Of a stretch of DNA of 64,000 bases, positions 30,269 to 37,833 are shown in pieces. The translations under genes and the position numbers were made by a program. The notes below the pieces were generated by a model, which was given only the letters and a program-made list of their open reading frames with translations, had not been told where the DNA came from and searched no databases. The DNA lies in contig JAHJGX010000053.1 in assembly GCA_018824205.1 (NCBI GenBank), positions 15,869 to 79,868 of the forward strand, read 5' to 3'. The stretch's first letter is position 1. The number at the start of each line of letters is the position of its first letter. This DNA is from a bacterium. Lineage in GTDB: Bacteria; Fidelibacterota; UBA2242.

Positions 30269-32284
30269 CTATTCTTTCACCCTGGTCGAATCCCAGTATA
30301 AATAACCCAGGATTAAGATGAACATCACAAAACCGAGAATTTCACCACCGGCCGATTCCACCCAGTGTTCAGTGCCGATCGCCTGCATCAGGGTCCAGTT
30401 ATCACCAAAGATCTTCTGGCCAAAGAAAATAATAAACGCCGCCACGACTCCCATAATTGCGCCACCGGCAATAAATCCCGATGCAATCAGCGTCCCTTTT
30501 TCCTTGCGTTTTTTAACAAGTTCCTGGTTATCAGTGGATTTCCCGACAAAATGAGCAATCAGACCACCGGCCAGAATCGGAGTGTTCAGATAAATGGGCA
30601 GGTACATTCCCAGCGCAAATGCCAGTGGCGGGACACCAATAAATTCCAAAATAATTGCCATAAAAACACCCGCAATATAGAGCGTCCACGGTGCCGGCGA
30701 GCCGGTCATTAACGGTTCAATAACCGCCGCCATCGCTGATGCCTGAGGCGCTTCCAGGGCATTCGGGCCGGCAGCTGCACCGAAGCCAAAAGTCTTATTC
30801 AGCACAAGAATAACAAATCCCACGGACGACGCCGCTAGCAGTGTTCCGGCAAATTTATAGCGCTGCTGAACCTGCGGAGTTGTTCCCAGCCAGTAACCAA
30901 TTTTCAAGTCCGATATAAATGCCCCGGACATTGACAGCGCCGTACAGACCACACCCCCAATAATCAATGCTGCCAGCATCCCCTTCTCTCCGGTCAAACC
31001 AACTTTCAGCAAAATCACGGATGATAAAATCAGCGTCATCAGGGTCATTCCGGAAACCGGATTGGTCCCAACCAGCGCAATAGCGCGGGCCGCCACGGTT
31101 GTAAATAAAAACGAAATAATTAATACAATGAGTATCCCGACAAGGGCGTGCCCAAAATTCATTTCAACAACGCCAAAAAGAAAAAATACGAACAACGCAA
31201 TAAATGTTACCAACAGAAAAATAGCGATCCATTTCATTTTTATATCTTTTTGGGTCCGGGGGACGGCTCCTTCGGCAGTTGCGTGGATGCCGCCAGTCAG
31301 TTCATTAGCGGCCAGTTTGAAGGCGCCGGCAATGATTTTCGACGATTTGATAATTCCGATAATACCCGCAGCGGCAATGCCGCCGATACCAATATGACGG
31401 ACATAATTTGTGAAAATCTCCTGCGGTTGCATGTCCCTGATCAGGATTGCTGCCGGTAAGAGGGGCTCAACGAGGTGTTGTCCCACATAGTAAAACGCCG
31501 GAATCAGCACCCACCAGGCCAGAAAGGAACCACAGGCGATGATCAGCGCATATTTGAGCCCAATAATATATCCTAATCCGGTCACAGCAGCACCAATATT
31601 AATTTTTAGCACTAACTTCCACTTATCCGACAGAAAGGCGCCCCATTGGAAAACCTGGGTTGAAACGACCTCTTTCCACAATCCCAGTCCCGCGACACAA
31701 AAATCGTATATACCACCGATAATTGCCGCCACGACCAGGACCTTTGCCTGTTCACCGCCCGATTCACCGGCAATAATCACTTCGGTTGTAGCCGTTGCTT
31801 CTGGAAAGGGAAATTCACCATGCATATCCTGAACAAAATATTTTCTGAATGGAATTAAAAACAGGATACCTAAAACACCGCCAAACAGTGACGCTAAGAA
31901 AATCTGCATAAAACTGACATCAATGCCTAATATATACAGACCGGGTATTGTAAAAATCGCGCCGGCTACGATTACGCCCGACGAAGATCCAATCGATTGA
32001 ATAATAACATTTTCCTGCAGAGCGTTTTTGCGTTTGAGCATTACTGAAGTGCCGACTGCCAGAATCGCAATCGGTATAGCCGCCTCAAAAACCTGGCCTA
32101 TTTTCAGCCCCAGATAGGCTGCCGCCATAGAGAATAGCACCGAATAAAACAGTCCCCAAAACAGTGAATACGTTGTGACTTCCGGTACGATTTTTCCAGC
32201 CGGAATTACCGGCACATATTCTTCGCCGTCTCTCAGTTTACCGTATGCATTATCCGGTAATTTTACCTGTTCCTGTTTGCCCAT
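30269..32284 (-). CDS. OPT-family oligopeptide transporter
   Basis: 671 aa with at least 14 TM segments. The N-terminus '...EVTTYSLFWGLFYSVLFSMAAAYLGLKIGQVFEAAIPIAILAVG' matches the conserved OPT-family N-terminal block. A GGAGGA ribosome-binding site precedes the ATG. Confidence 0.8.
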   Translation of the reverse strand: MGKQEQVKLPDNAYGKLRDGEEYVPVIPAGKIVPEVTTYSLFWGLFYSVLFSMAAAYLGLKIGQVFEAAIPIAILAVGTSVMLKRKNALQENVIIQSIGSSSGVIVAGAIFTIPGLYILGIDVSFMQIFLASLFGGVLGILFLIPFRKYFVQDMHGEFPFPEATATTEVIIAGESGGEQAKVLVVAAIIGGIYDFCVAGLGLWKEVVSTQVFQWGAFLSDKWKLVLKINIGAAVTGLGYIIGLKYALIIACGSFLAWWVLIPAFYYVGQHLVEPLLPAAILIRDMQPQEIFTNYVRHIGIGGIAAAGIIGIIKSSKIIAGAFKLAANELTGGIHATAEGAVPRTQKDIKMKWIAIFLLVTFIALFVFFLFGVVEMNFGHALVGILIVLIISFLFTTVAARAIALVGTNPVSGMTLMTLILSSVILLKVGLTGEKGMLAALIIGGVVCTALSMSGAFISDLKIGYWLGTTPQVQQRYKFAGTLLAASSVGFVILVLNKTFGFGAAAGPNALEAPQASAMAAVIEPLMTGSPAPWTLYIAGVFMAIILEFIGVPPLAFALGMYLPIYLNTPILAGGLIAHFVGKSTDNQELVKKRKEKGTLIASGFIAGGAIMGVVAAFIIFFGQKIFGDNWTLMQAIGTEHWVESAGGEILGFVMFILILGYLYWDSTRVKE

Positions 32285-32396
32285 AAATATCTGTCCTCCA
32301 TTAAAATACTGTTTCCAATAAATTCGCGCTTGTTAAAATTACTGTAACGATACACAATATCGGTAATCTTCGCCATATTATTCAATAATAAAAGCG

Positions 32397-32684
32397 TCAA
32401 TGTGCTTTTTCAAAAATATAGATCTTGATTCGTTCCGAAAGGGCCTCAAAAAGGTGATTGATTTCATCGTCGGACAGGGATTCCAGCCACTCGCGGACTT
32501 TTTTCCCATACTTCTGGGTCCATTCAAAGTAAGCCCGCTTGCCGATATCACACCCCTCTTGCTGGCTGCAGATATATTTATACTTCTCCATTTCAGCAAC
32601 CTGAATGCCCATCTCTTTTTCGTGTCGGGTCAGTATTTTAGTCTTTAACGGCTCTTCAAACATGTCCCGCTGCTCAAAATCCAA
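32397..32684 (-). CDS. Hypothetical 95-aa soluble protein upstream of the OPT transporter
   Basis: ORF only. Charged and helical, with 2 Cys. I recognise no motif. Same strand, 112 nt upstream of the OPT gene. Confidence 0.3.
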   Translation of the reverse strand: MDFEQRDMFEEPLKTKILTRHEKEMGIQVAEMEKYKYICSQQEGCDIGKRAYFEWTQKYGKKVREWLESLSDDEINHLFEALSERIKIYIFEKAH

Positions 32685-32921
32685 TTTACCGGCAATGCCA
32701 ATTGTTCCAGATATCTTTTTTTGCGTGTATTATTAGAACTCACCAAGGGAAAAATATAGGACAGACGAACAAGATATGCAATGCTATTTTGCCCCGGAAA
32801 TTTAAAACTCAGGCATATCTCTCTGGCGGGGAATAAAAAAAATGGTACATTCAAATATATCTGAGTGCGGTATCAATCACAATGTGCAATTGATCCGGGT
32901 AATGCGAAAGGAAATGATCGT

Positions 32922-33101
32922 CTATTCGCTATCGCTTTTTTTGGATTTGAATTTGTCCATCACTTCGCCGGCTTTATCCGGAACCAGTAGCGCAAACAAC
33001 CCAAACGCCGCGCCAAGTATTCCGATAATGCGGATGATTGTCGGGTCCAAAACCAGCAATAGTAAACCGATTACAAAAATAAAAATACCGAGATTTCTCA
33101 T
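32922..33101 (-). CDS. Candidate small membrane protein, 59 aa with a two-TM hairpin
   Basis: Found by reading the minus strand by hand. ATG at 33101 to TAG at 32922 gives 'MRNLGIFIFVIGLLLLVLDPTIIRIIGILGAAFGLFALLVPDKAGEVMDKFKSKKSDSE'. It is under the 60-aa track cutoff. Confidence 0.25.
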   Translation of the reverse strand: MRNLGIFIFVIGLLLLVLDPTIIRIIGILGAAFGLFALLVPDKAGEVMDKFKSKKSDSE

Positions 33102-33463
33102 AGCGTTAGCCCCTCTGTATTAGTTTGCTCATAATAATGTCTAATATTAATGGAAAAATCGGGAATATTCAAATCATCTTTCGGTTTGCATACCCGATTA
33201 GTCAATACAAGTAAAATAAATATCAGGGTGCCAAAGACCACCAGGAGTGCAACATCAAACGGTACGGAAAATTTATTTTTCTTTTTCGACCTGTCATTCT
33301 GTTTTCGCTTAGCTATTTGAACCTCCCGCCAATATATTTTATTTGTTAAATATAGAGTTCATTTGGGATACTGTCAAATATTTGATGTCCGTTTTTTGTG
33401 TCAAAACTCACATGTATACTGCTTGATTGATCCCGCTGAATGTATTAGTTTTGCAGGTAATCA

Positions 33464-34693
33464 ATGAAAGTGAGTATGGAACAGTCATTAATTGTGCGAA
33501 ATATCGGGGAACTGGTCACGTATAATTCGACATCAGAATCCATGCAGGTTCTGCACAATGTGGAAATGCTTGTCTCCGATGGTTATATTCAGGAAATAGG
33601 CAAGGATCTGTATTCTCCTGAGTTCAGGGTAGTCGATGCCGGAAATGTGCTGATTACTTCCGGTTTTGTCGATCCCCACACTCATCCGGTTTTTTACGGG
33701 ACCCGTGAACTGGAATACGAAATGCGGATCATGGGCAAGTCCTATATGGAAATTGCAGCAGCCGGTGGCGGAATCCGCTCCAGTGTACGAAGTCTGCGAT
33801 CCGCTGATTACAATATTTTAAAAATGAAAGTACGGCAGCGACTGGATGATTTTCTGCAATTCGGGACCACCACGATTGAAGCAAAAAGCGGCTACGGTCT
33901 GTCACCGGAAAGTGAACTAATGTCTTTGCAGTTGCTGAAAGATCTGGCAGATGAACATCCGTTGGATATTGTCCGAACGTTTTTAGGAGCCCACGAATAT
34001 CCCGACGAGTATCGTGATAACCCTGAAGGCTATATCGATCTGATTATTCAGCAAATGTTGCCGAAAGTCGCCCGTGAAAAACTGGCGGATTTTTGTGATG
34101 TATTTTGTGAAGAGGGTGTTTTTTCAGTCCGTGAAACCCGTATGGTGCTGGAGGCGGCCAAGTTTCTGGGATTGGGTATCCGGTTGCATACGGAGGAATT
34201 CAAACCGATTGGCGGTGTCCAGCTGGCGGCGAAACTGGGCGCCATTTCTGCGGACCATTTGACGGCTATTACCGAAGAGGGAATAGAAGCGTTGATTGAA
34301 GGCAATATTATCCCAATCTTGTTACCAGCGACGACGTTTTTCTTGGGTTCCGATCATTACGCTCCTGGAAGAAAAATGTGGGATAAGGGTTTGCCGGTGG
34401 CCATTGCAACAGATTTTAATCCTGGCAGTTCGATGACCCAGTCGATGCCGCTGGTAATAAGCATCGCCTGTCTGAAACTGAAGCTGACCCCGCTGGAAGC
34501 CATTCAGGCTGCGACGTATAATGCTGCCAGATCATTGGTGCTCGAAGACCGGGTCGGGAGTCTTGAAAAAGGGAAACAGGCTGATTTTGTGCTCTGGAAA
34601 TTTGAAAAATACCAGGGAATACCCTATTTCCTGGGTTATCCATCGGTTCAATCGGTGTGGAAAAACGGAGTACTGGTCTGGGGTTCGGATTGA
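33464..34693 (+). CDS. hutI: Imidazolonepropionase
   Basis: 'GFVDPHTHPVFYGTRELEYEMRIMGKSYMEIAAAGGGIRSSVRSLRSA' matches the HutI signature block. Amidohydrolase fold, 409 aa. Confidence 0.85.
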   Translation: MKVSMEQSLIVRNIGELVTYNSTSESMQVLHNVEMLVSDGYIQEIGKDLYSPEFRVVDAGNVLITSGFVDPHTHPVFYGTRELEYEMRIMGKSYMEIAAAGGGIRSSVRSLRSADYNILKMKVRQRLDDFLQFGTTTIEAKSGYGLSPESELMSLQLLKDLADEHPLDIVRTFLGAHEYPDEYRDNPEGYIDLIIQQMLPKVAREKLADFCDVFCEEGVFSVRETRMVLEAAKFLGLGIRLHTEEFKPIGGVQLAAKLGAISADHLTAITEEGIEALIEGNIIPILLPATTFFLGSDHYAPGRKMWDKGLPVAIATDFNPGSSMTQSMPLVISIACLKLKLTPLEAIQAATYNAARSLVLEDRVGSLEKGKQADFVLWKFEKYQGIPYFLGYPSVQSVWKNGVLVWGSD

Positions 34694-34728
34694 TTTGTGA
34701 ATAGGATAAAACAATTATTAAAAAACAA

Positions 34729-34757
34729 TTGACAAAAATGTGATAAAGCGCTAATAT
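34729..34757 (+). promoter_or_regulatory. Near-consensus sigma70-type promoter upstream of the small-protein cluster
   Basis: TTGACA, 17 nt, then TAATAT. AAGGAGG ribosome-binding site at 34790-34796. Confidence 0.45.
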
Positions 34758-34802
34758 CTGCTACATGACATACAGGGGAAACACATACAAGGAGGTTAGA
34801 TT

Positions 34803-35228
34803 TTGAGAAATATGAAAAGTGTGTCTTTACTGCTCGCATTGATTACCATCTCTTTGATATTTACTGTTAACGTCTCCGCGAATTCAGGTTTTTATTCATC
34901 GGTCCAGCAAATATGCAATGCCTATCAGGTTTCAATTGAGTATGAGCGCATGAATCTGGCTGTATTAGCTGATGGGAATAAAGAATTCACCATGAGCGTC
35001 AAGAGTGCCCGTAACCAGTTCGACCGAATTATGCTGATCGTATTTTACGCGGCCGGGAAGGCCATGACCTATCACAATGAACCGATTCAGAAAGTAACGG
35101 TTGTGGTCAGCGTGGAATATAAAGGAATTGAGAATATCGTGGCCAGCGCCAGCAGAGAAAATATTCTGAAATTTGTCAATGGTGAGATAAACTCATCGGA
35201 ATTTGTACGCAAAGTTAAATTTGATTAA
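34803..35228 (+). CDS. Hypothetical secreted protein (141 aa)
   Basis: TTG start 6 nt after AAGGAGG; an alternative ATG lies at 34812. Signal peptide 'SLLLALITISLIFTVNVSA'. No recognisable domain. Confidence 0.4.
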   Translation: MRNMKSVSLLLALITISLIFTVNVSANSGFYSSVQQICNAYQVSIEYERMNLAVLADGNKEFTMSVKSARNQFDRIMLIVFYAAGKAMTYHNEPIQKVTVVVSVEYKGIENIVASASRENILKFVNGEINSSEFVRKVKFD

Positions 35229-35258
35229 TATGCAAAAAAACAATTAAGGAGGAGTTAC

Positions 35259-35492
35259 ATGGACCCTTTTTCATGGTCTTATACGTTAATGATGTATCTG
35301 AGAGGAATCGGCTGGGCAATCGTCGCGTCATTGGGATTTTCCTTTGGCGTCGGACTGGCAATCAAAGTGTTTGACTGGCTGTCCACTTCGATTGACGAAT
35401 GGGAAGAGATAAAAAAAGGCAATATCGGCGTTGCGCTGATTATTGTTTCGCTCATTCTAATGGTCGGTCTCCTGGTACACAAAGTCATATAA
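35259..35492 (+). CDS. DUF350-family small membrane protein
   Basis: 77 aa with two TM helices flanking 'IDEWEEIKKGNIGVALIIVSLIL', which resembles the DUF350 (YjfL-like) core. Strong AAGGAGG ribosome-binding site. Confidence 0.5.
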   Translation: MDPFSWSYTLMMYLRGIGWAIVASLGFSFGVGLAIKVFDWLSTSIDEWEEIKKGNIGVALIIVSLILMVGLLVHKVI

Positions 35493-35649
35493 GTGACGCT
35501 TTAACTCATTAATGGTGAATCTGGAAGGAAAGGATTTCCCATTTTTGTTTCTGTGGCAATTTCATCCGTTGTTGGATTGGATAATGAATTGAATGTTGAT
35601 TCCGGCATTAAAAAAGTGTATATTTAATTCACTAAACAGGAAATGAGTA

Positions 35650-35859
35650 ATGAAAAGAAATGAAAAGAACGAAGATACCAATATCACTCGCCGGAATTTT
35701 TTAAAAAAACTGACGATGACAGCGGTGTTTACCGTACCCACAATCCAAAGTTTTAAACTAATGGCCCAGGGTAAATCTTACTGGACAGGTCACGGGCATG
35801 GAAATCATCATTCCAGTAGTCCGATTCCACCACCACCACCGCCATCATCATCACCGTAA
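35650..35859 (+). CDS. Tat-signal mini-protein with a His-rich/Pro-rich mature region
   Basis: 69 aa. Twin-arginine motif 'TRRNFLKKLTMTAVFTVPTIQSFKLMA', then 'QGKSYWTGHGHGNHHSSSPIPPPPPPSSSP'. The 3' end is a CCA/TCA trinucleotide repeat. Weak ribosome-binding site. Confidence 0.35.
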   Translation: MKRNEKNEDTNITRRNFLKKLTMTAVFTVPTIQSFKLMAQGKSYWTGHGHGNHHSSSPIPPPPPPSSSP

Positions 35860-35894
35860 GTAGAGTTCTATATATCCAAAAAGCAATAAATTAA

Positions 35895-35919
35895 ATAAGC
35901 CCTTCTGTGGAGGGCTTAT
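35895..35919. terminator. Putative bidirectional terminator between convergent genes
   Basis: 8-bp stem ATAAGCCC/GGGCTTAT with a 9-nt loop. T-rich on the minus-strand side (TTTAATTTATTGCTTTTT). Confidence 0.4.
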
Positions 35920-35968
35920 TGTATTCTGTAGAAAATCATTGTAATCCCGGTGTTAGGATTATTGCGTT

Positions 35969-36886
35969 TTATGGGAAACCGCCGGACCAGATATCGGATT
36001 TTATGAGCTGAACAATATGGATTAACGCGTCATCAATATTATCATAGATGCTGTCAGCGGAACTGACTGCAAAATCTGGATAATAAGTATCAAGCAGTTC
36101 AATCGCCTCATCGATCAGGGTAGATTGAACATAACTGTCCAGGAGTATCAAATGGATATCGTTATAGTCATAACCGGAGTCATGTTCAAATACATAGAAA
36201 TTATCTAATTCGATTAGGAATTCAATTGAATTGATACATTCTGTATAATTACTATCCAGGTAATGAGCCATTGATAAACCACTGAACGCATCGGTATATT
36301 GATCGTCAAATTCTATTGCAAGACTAAACTGATTGATGGCATTTGCAAATGAATCAATCCGGGTCAGCGACCAGCCGTATCCGGTCAGCGCTTCCGTATG
36401 TTCAGGAGATGATAAAAGGTAATTGAAGAACAATTGCCCTGCCACCGCGAATTCGCCGTTTTCAAATGCGTCCCAGCCATGAATAATAAAATTAATCGTA
36501 TCGTCTGGTGTTGAAAATGTTCCCGGAGTTGACTGAGTAAAATTTCCGGCAACATCATAACTTGACGTAAGATAAAAGTAATCTGAATTTGGTATCAATT
36601 CAGTTAAAATTATTGTGTGAACCTGGCGAAATTCTGTACCCGTTTTCGTTAAGGTGTCGATAAAAGTGGTCAGGCCATAATAGACATTGACCGAGCAGGG
36701 TTCATCTGTGATCCAGTAAATTGTAGCGCTTGTTCCACTTGTTTCCAGAACGCCTGGTTCTGTTTCCAGAACCGGAATATCTTCATCGTCTCTGACCTTG
36801 ACGACCTCTTTTTCACAATGCAATAAAAATGTGGACAAACAAATCAATATTAAAGCAATGAGAAAATAATTAACGACTGACTTCAT
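35969..36886 (-). CDS. Secreted protein with an FN3-like (purple-acid-phosphatase-N-like) domain plus TPR-like helical repeats; paralog of the next gene
   Basis: Signal peptide. 'ETSGTSATIYWITDEPCSVNVYYGLTT...RQVHTIILTELIPNSDYFY' parallels 'ADTSVTLYWETDEACHTEIYYGVTA...QLHTVIIKELLPKMTYYC' in the adjacent gene. Helical repeats in the C-terminal half. Confidence 0.5.
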   Translation of the reverse strand: MKSVVNYFLIALILICLSTFLLHCEKEVVKVRDDEDIPVLETEPGVLETSGTSATIYWITDEPCSVNVYYGLTTFIDTLTKTGTEFRQVHTIILTELIPNSDYFYLTSSYDVAGNFTQSTPGTFSTPDDTINFIIHGWDAFENGEFAVAGQLFFNYLLSSPEHTEALTGYGWSLTRIDSFANAINQFSLAIEFDDQYTDAFSGLSMAHYLDSNYTECINSIEFLIELDNFYVFEHDSGYDYNDIHLILLDSYVQSTLIDEAIELLDTYYPDFAVSSADSIYDNIDDALIHIVQLIKSDIWSGGFP

Positions 36887-36908
36887 GTATCCTATCTCCG
36901 GTTTTAGA

Positions 36909-37820
36909 TTACAATTGACTCAAGGCGTAGCGAATTGCGGCAAGCAATGCCAAGACGTAATCGTTATATGTTTCACTGTTTACAACCCAGGAAGCCGCGA
37001 TATTCGGATCGAGACCGTTGTCTGACCACGCCAGATCGAGCTGTGACTGGGCATTTGAGACCTGATTATTTTGAACATAGGCTTCGGCCAGAAGCAGACG
37101 TACCAGGTTAATATTAATGGCCGGATTATAGTGATATTCCCATTCCGGTTCGCGACTAATGACTATTTGACAATAGGTGATCACATCATCGGGCAGACCA
37201 TCCATCTGAGCCATTAATGCTCTGGCAGCGAGCGCCAGCGGCATATATGGGCTCAATTGATAGGCAGTTTCGATTGCTTCCCGGGCGTCATCTGTCTGGT
37301 TTAGCTGCAGATAAATCCAGCCCGCCGTCACAATGATTTCCGGGTTGTAATCATTTAAAGTCAGAGACTCGCCGATCAGGCTGGCAGCCTCGGTGTATTG
37401 TTGTTCGGCATATTTTCCCCAGGCTTCACGCAGGTAACTGAATTCGTTGGGAAGTGTAGTAAAGTTGACCTCATCGGATTCAATAGGTCCGTTGTCAACA
37501 AAATCCCAGATCCTGACCCGGCAGTAATAAGTCATTTTGGGAAGCAGTTCTTTGATGATAACCGTATGGAGTTGACGGTTTTCTGCTTCCGCATAAACAG
37601 AATCGTATTTCGCCGTTACTCCGTAATAGATTTCGGTGTGACAGGCTTCATCGGTTTCCCAATAGAGCGTGACGCTGGTATCGGCAAGCTCGATTACTGT
37701 TGGCTGAACTGTGAATGCCGGGTCTGTGTTGTCGGTAGTATAAACAATCTTTTCACAATTGATAATTGCAAAGAATATCAGAAATCCCAAAAAGCAATAG
37801 CGGAGAATAGGTTTGATCAT
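36909..37820 (-). CDS. Secreted or lipoprotein with an FN3-like domain plus TPR-like repeats; paralog of 35969..36886
   Basis: Start set at the internal Met at 37820 ('MIKPILRYCFLGFLIFFAIINC...'), 13 nt after the stop of the giant upstream gene. The track start at 38027 would overlap that gene. Confidence 0.5.
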   Translation of the reverse strand: MIKPILRYCFLGFLIFFAIINCEKIVYTTDNTDPAFTVQPTVIELADTSVTLYWETDEACHTEIYYGVTAKYDSVYAEAENRQLHTVIIKELLPKMTYYCRVRIWDFVDNGPIESDEVNFTTLPNEFSYLREAWGKYAEQQYTEAASLIGESLTLNDYNPEIIVTAGWIYLQLNQTDDAREAIETAYQLSPYMPLALAARALMAQMDGLPDDVITYCQIVISREPEWEYHYNPAININLVRLLLAEAYVQNNQVSNAQSQLDLAWSDNGLDPNIAASWVVNSETYNDYVLALLAAIRYALSQL

Positions 37821-37833
37821 CAGTTTTCTCCCG

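Noticed and set aside
32645-32854. 69-aa minus ORF in the intergenic region upstream of the 95-aa gene
   Set aside because: No ribosome-binding site, hydrophobic and low-complexity. More likely promoter or leader DNA. Kept only as part of the intergenic observation.
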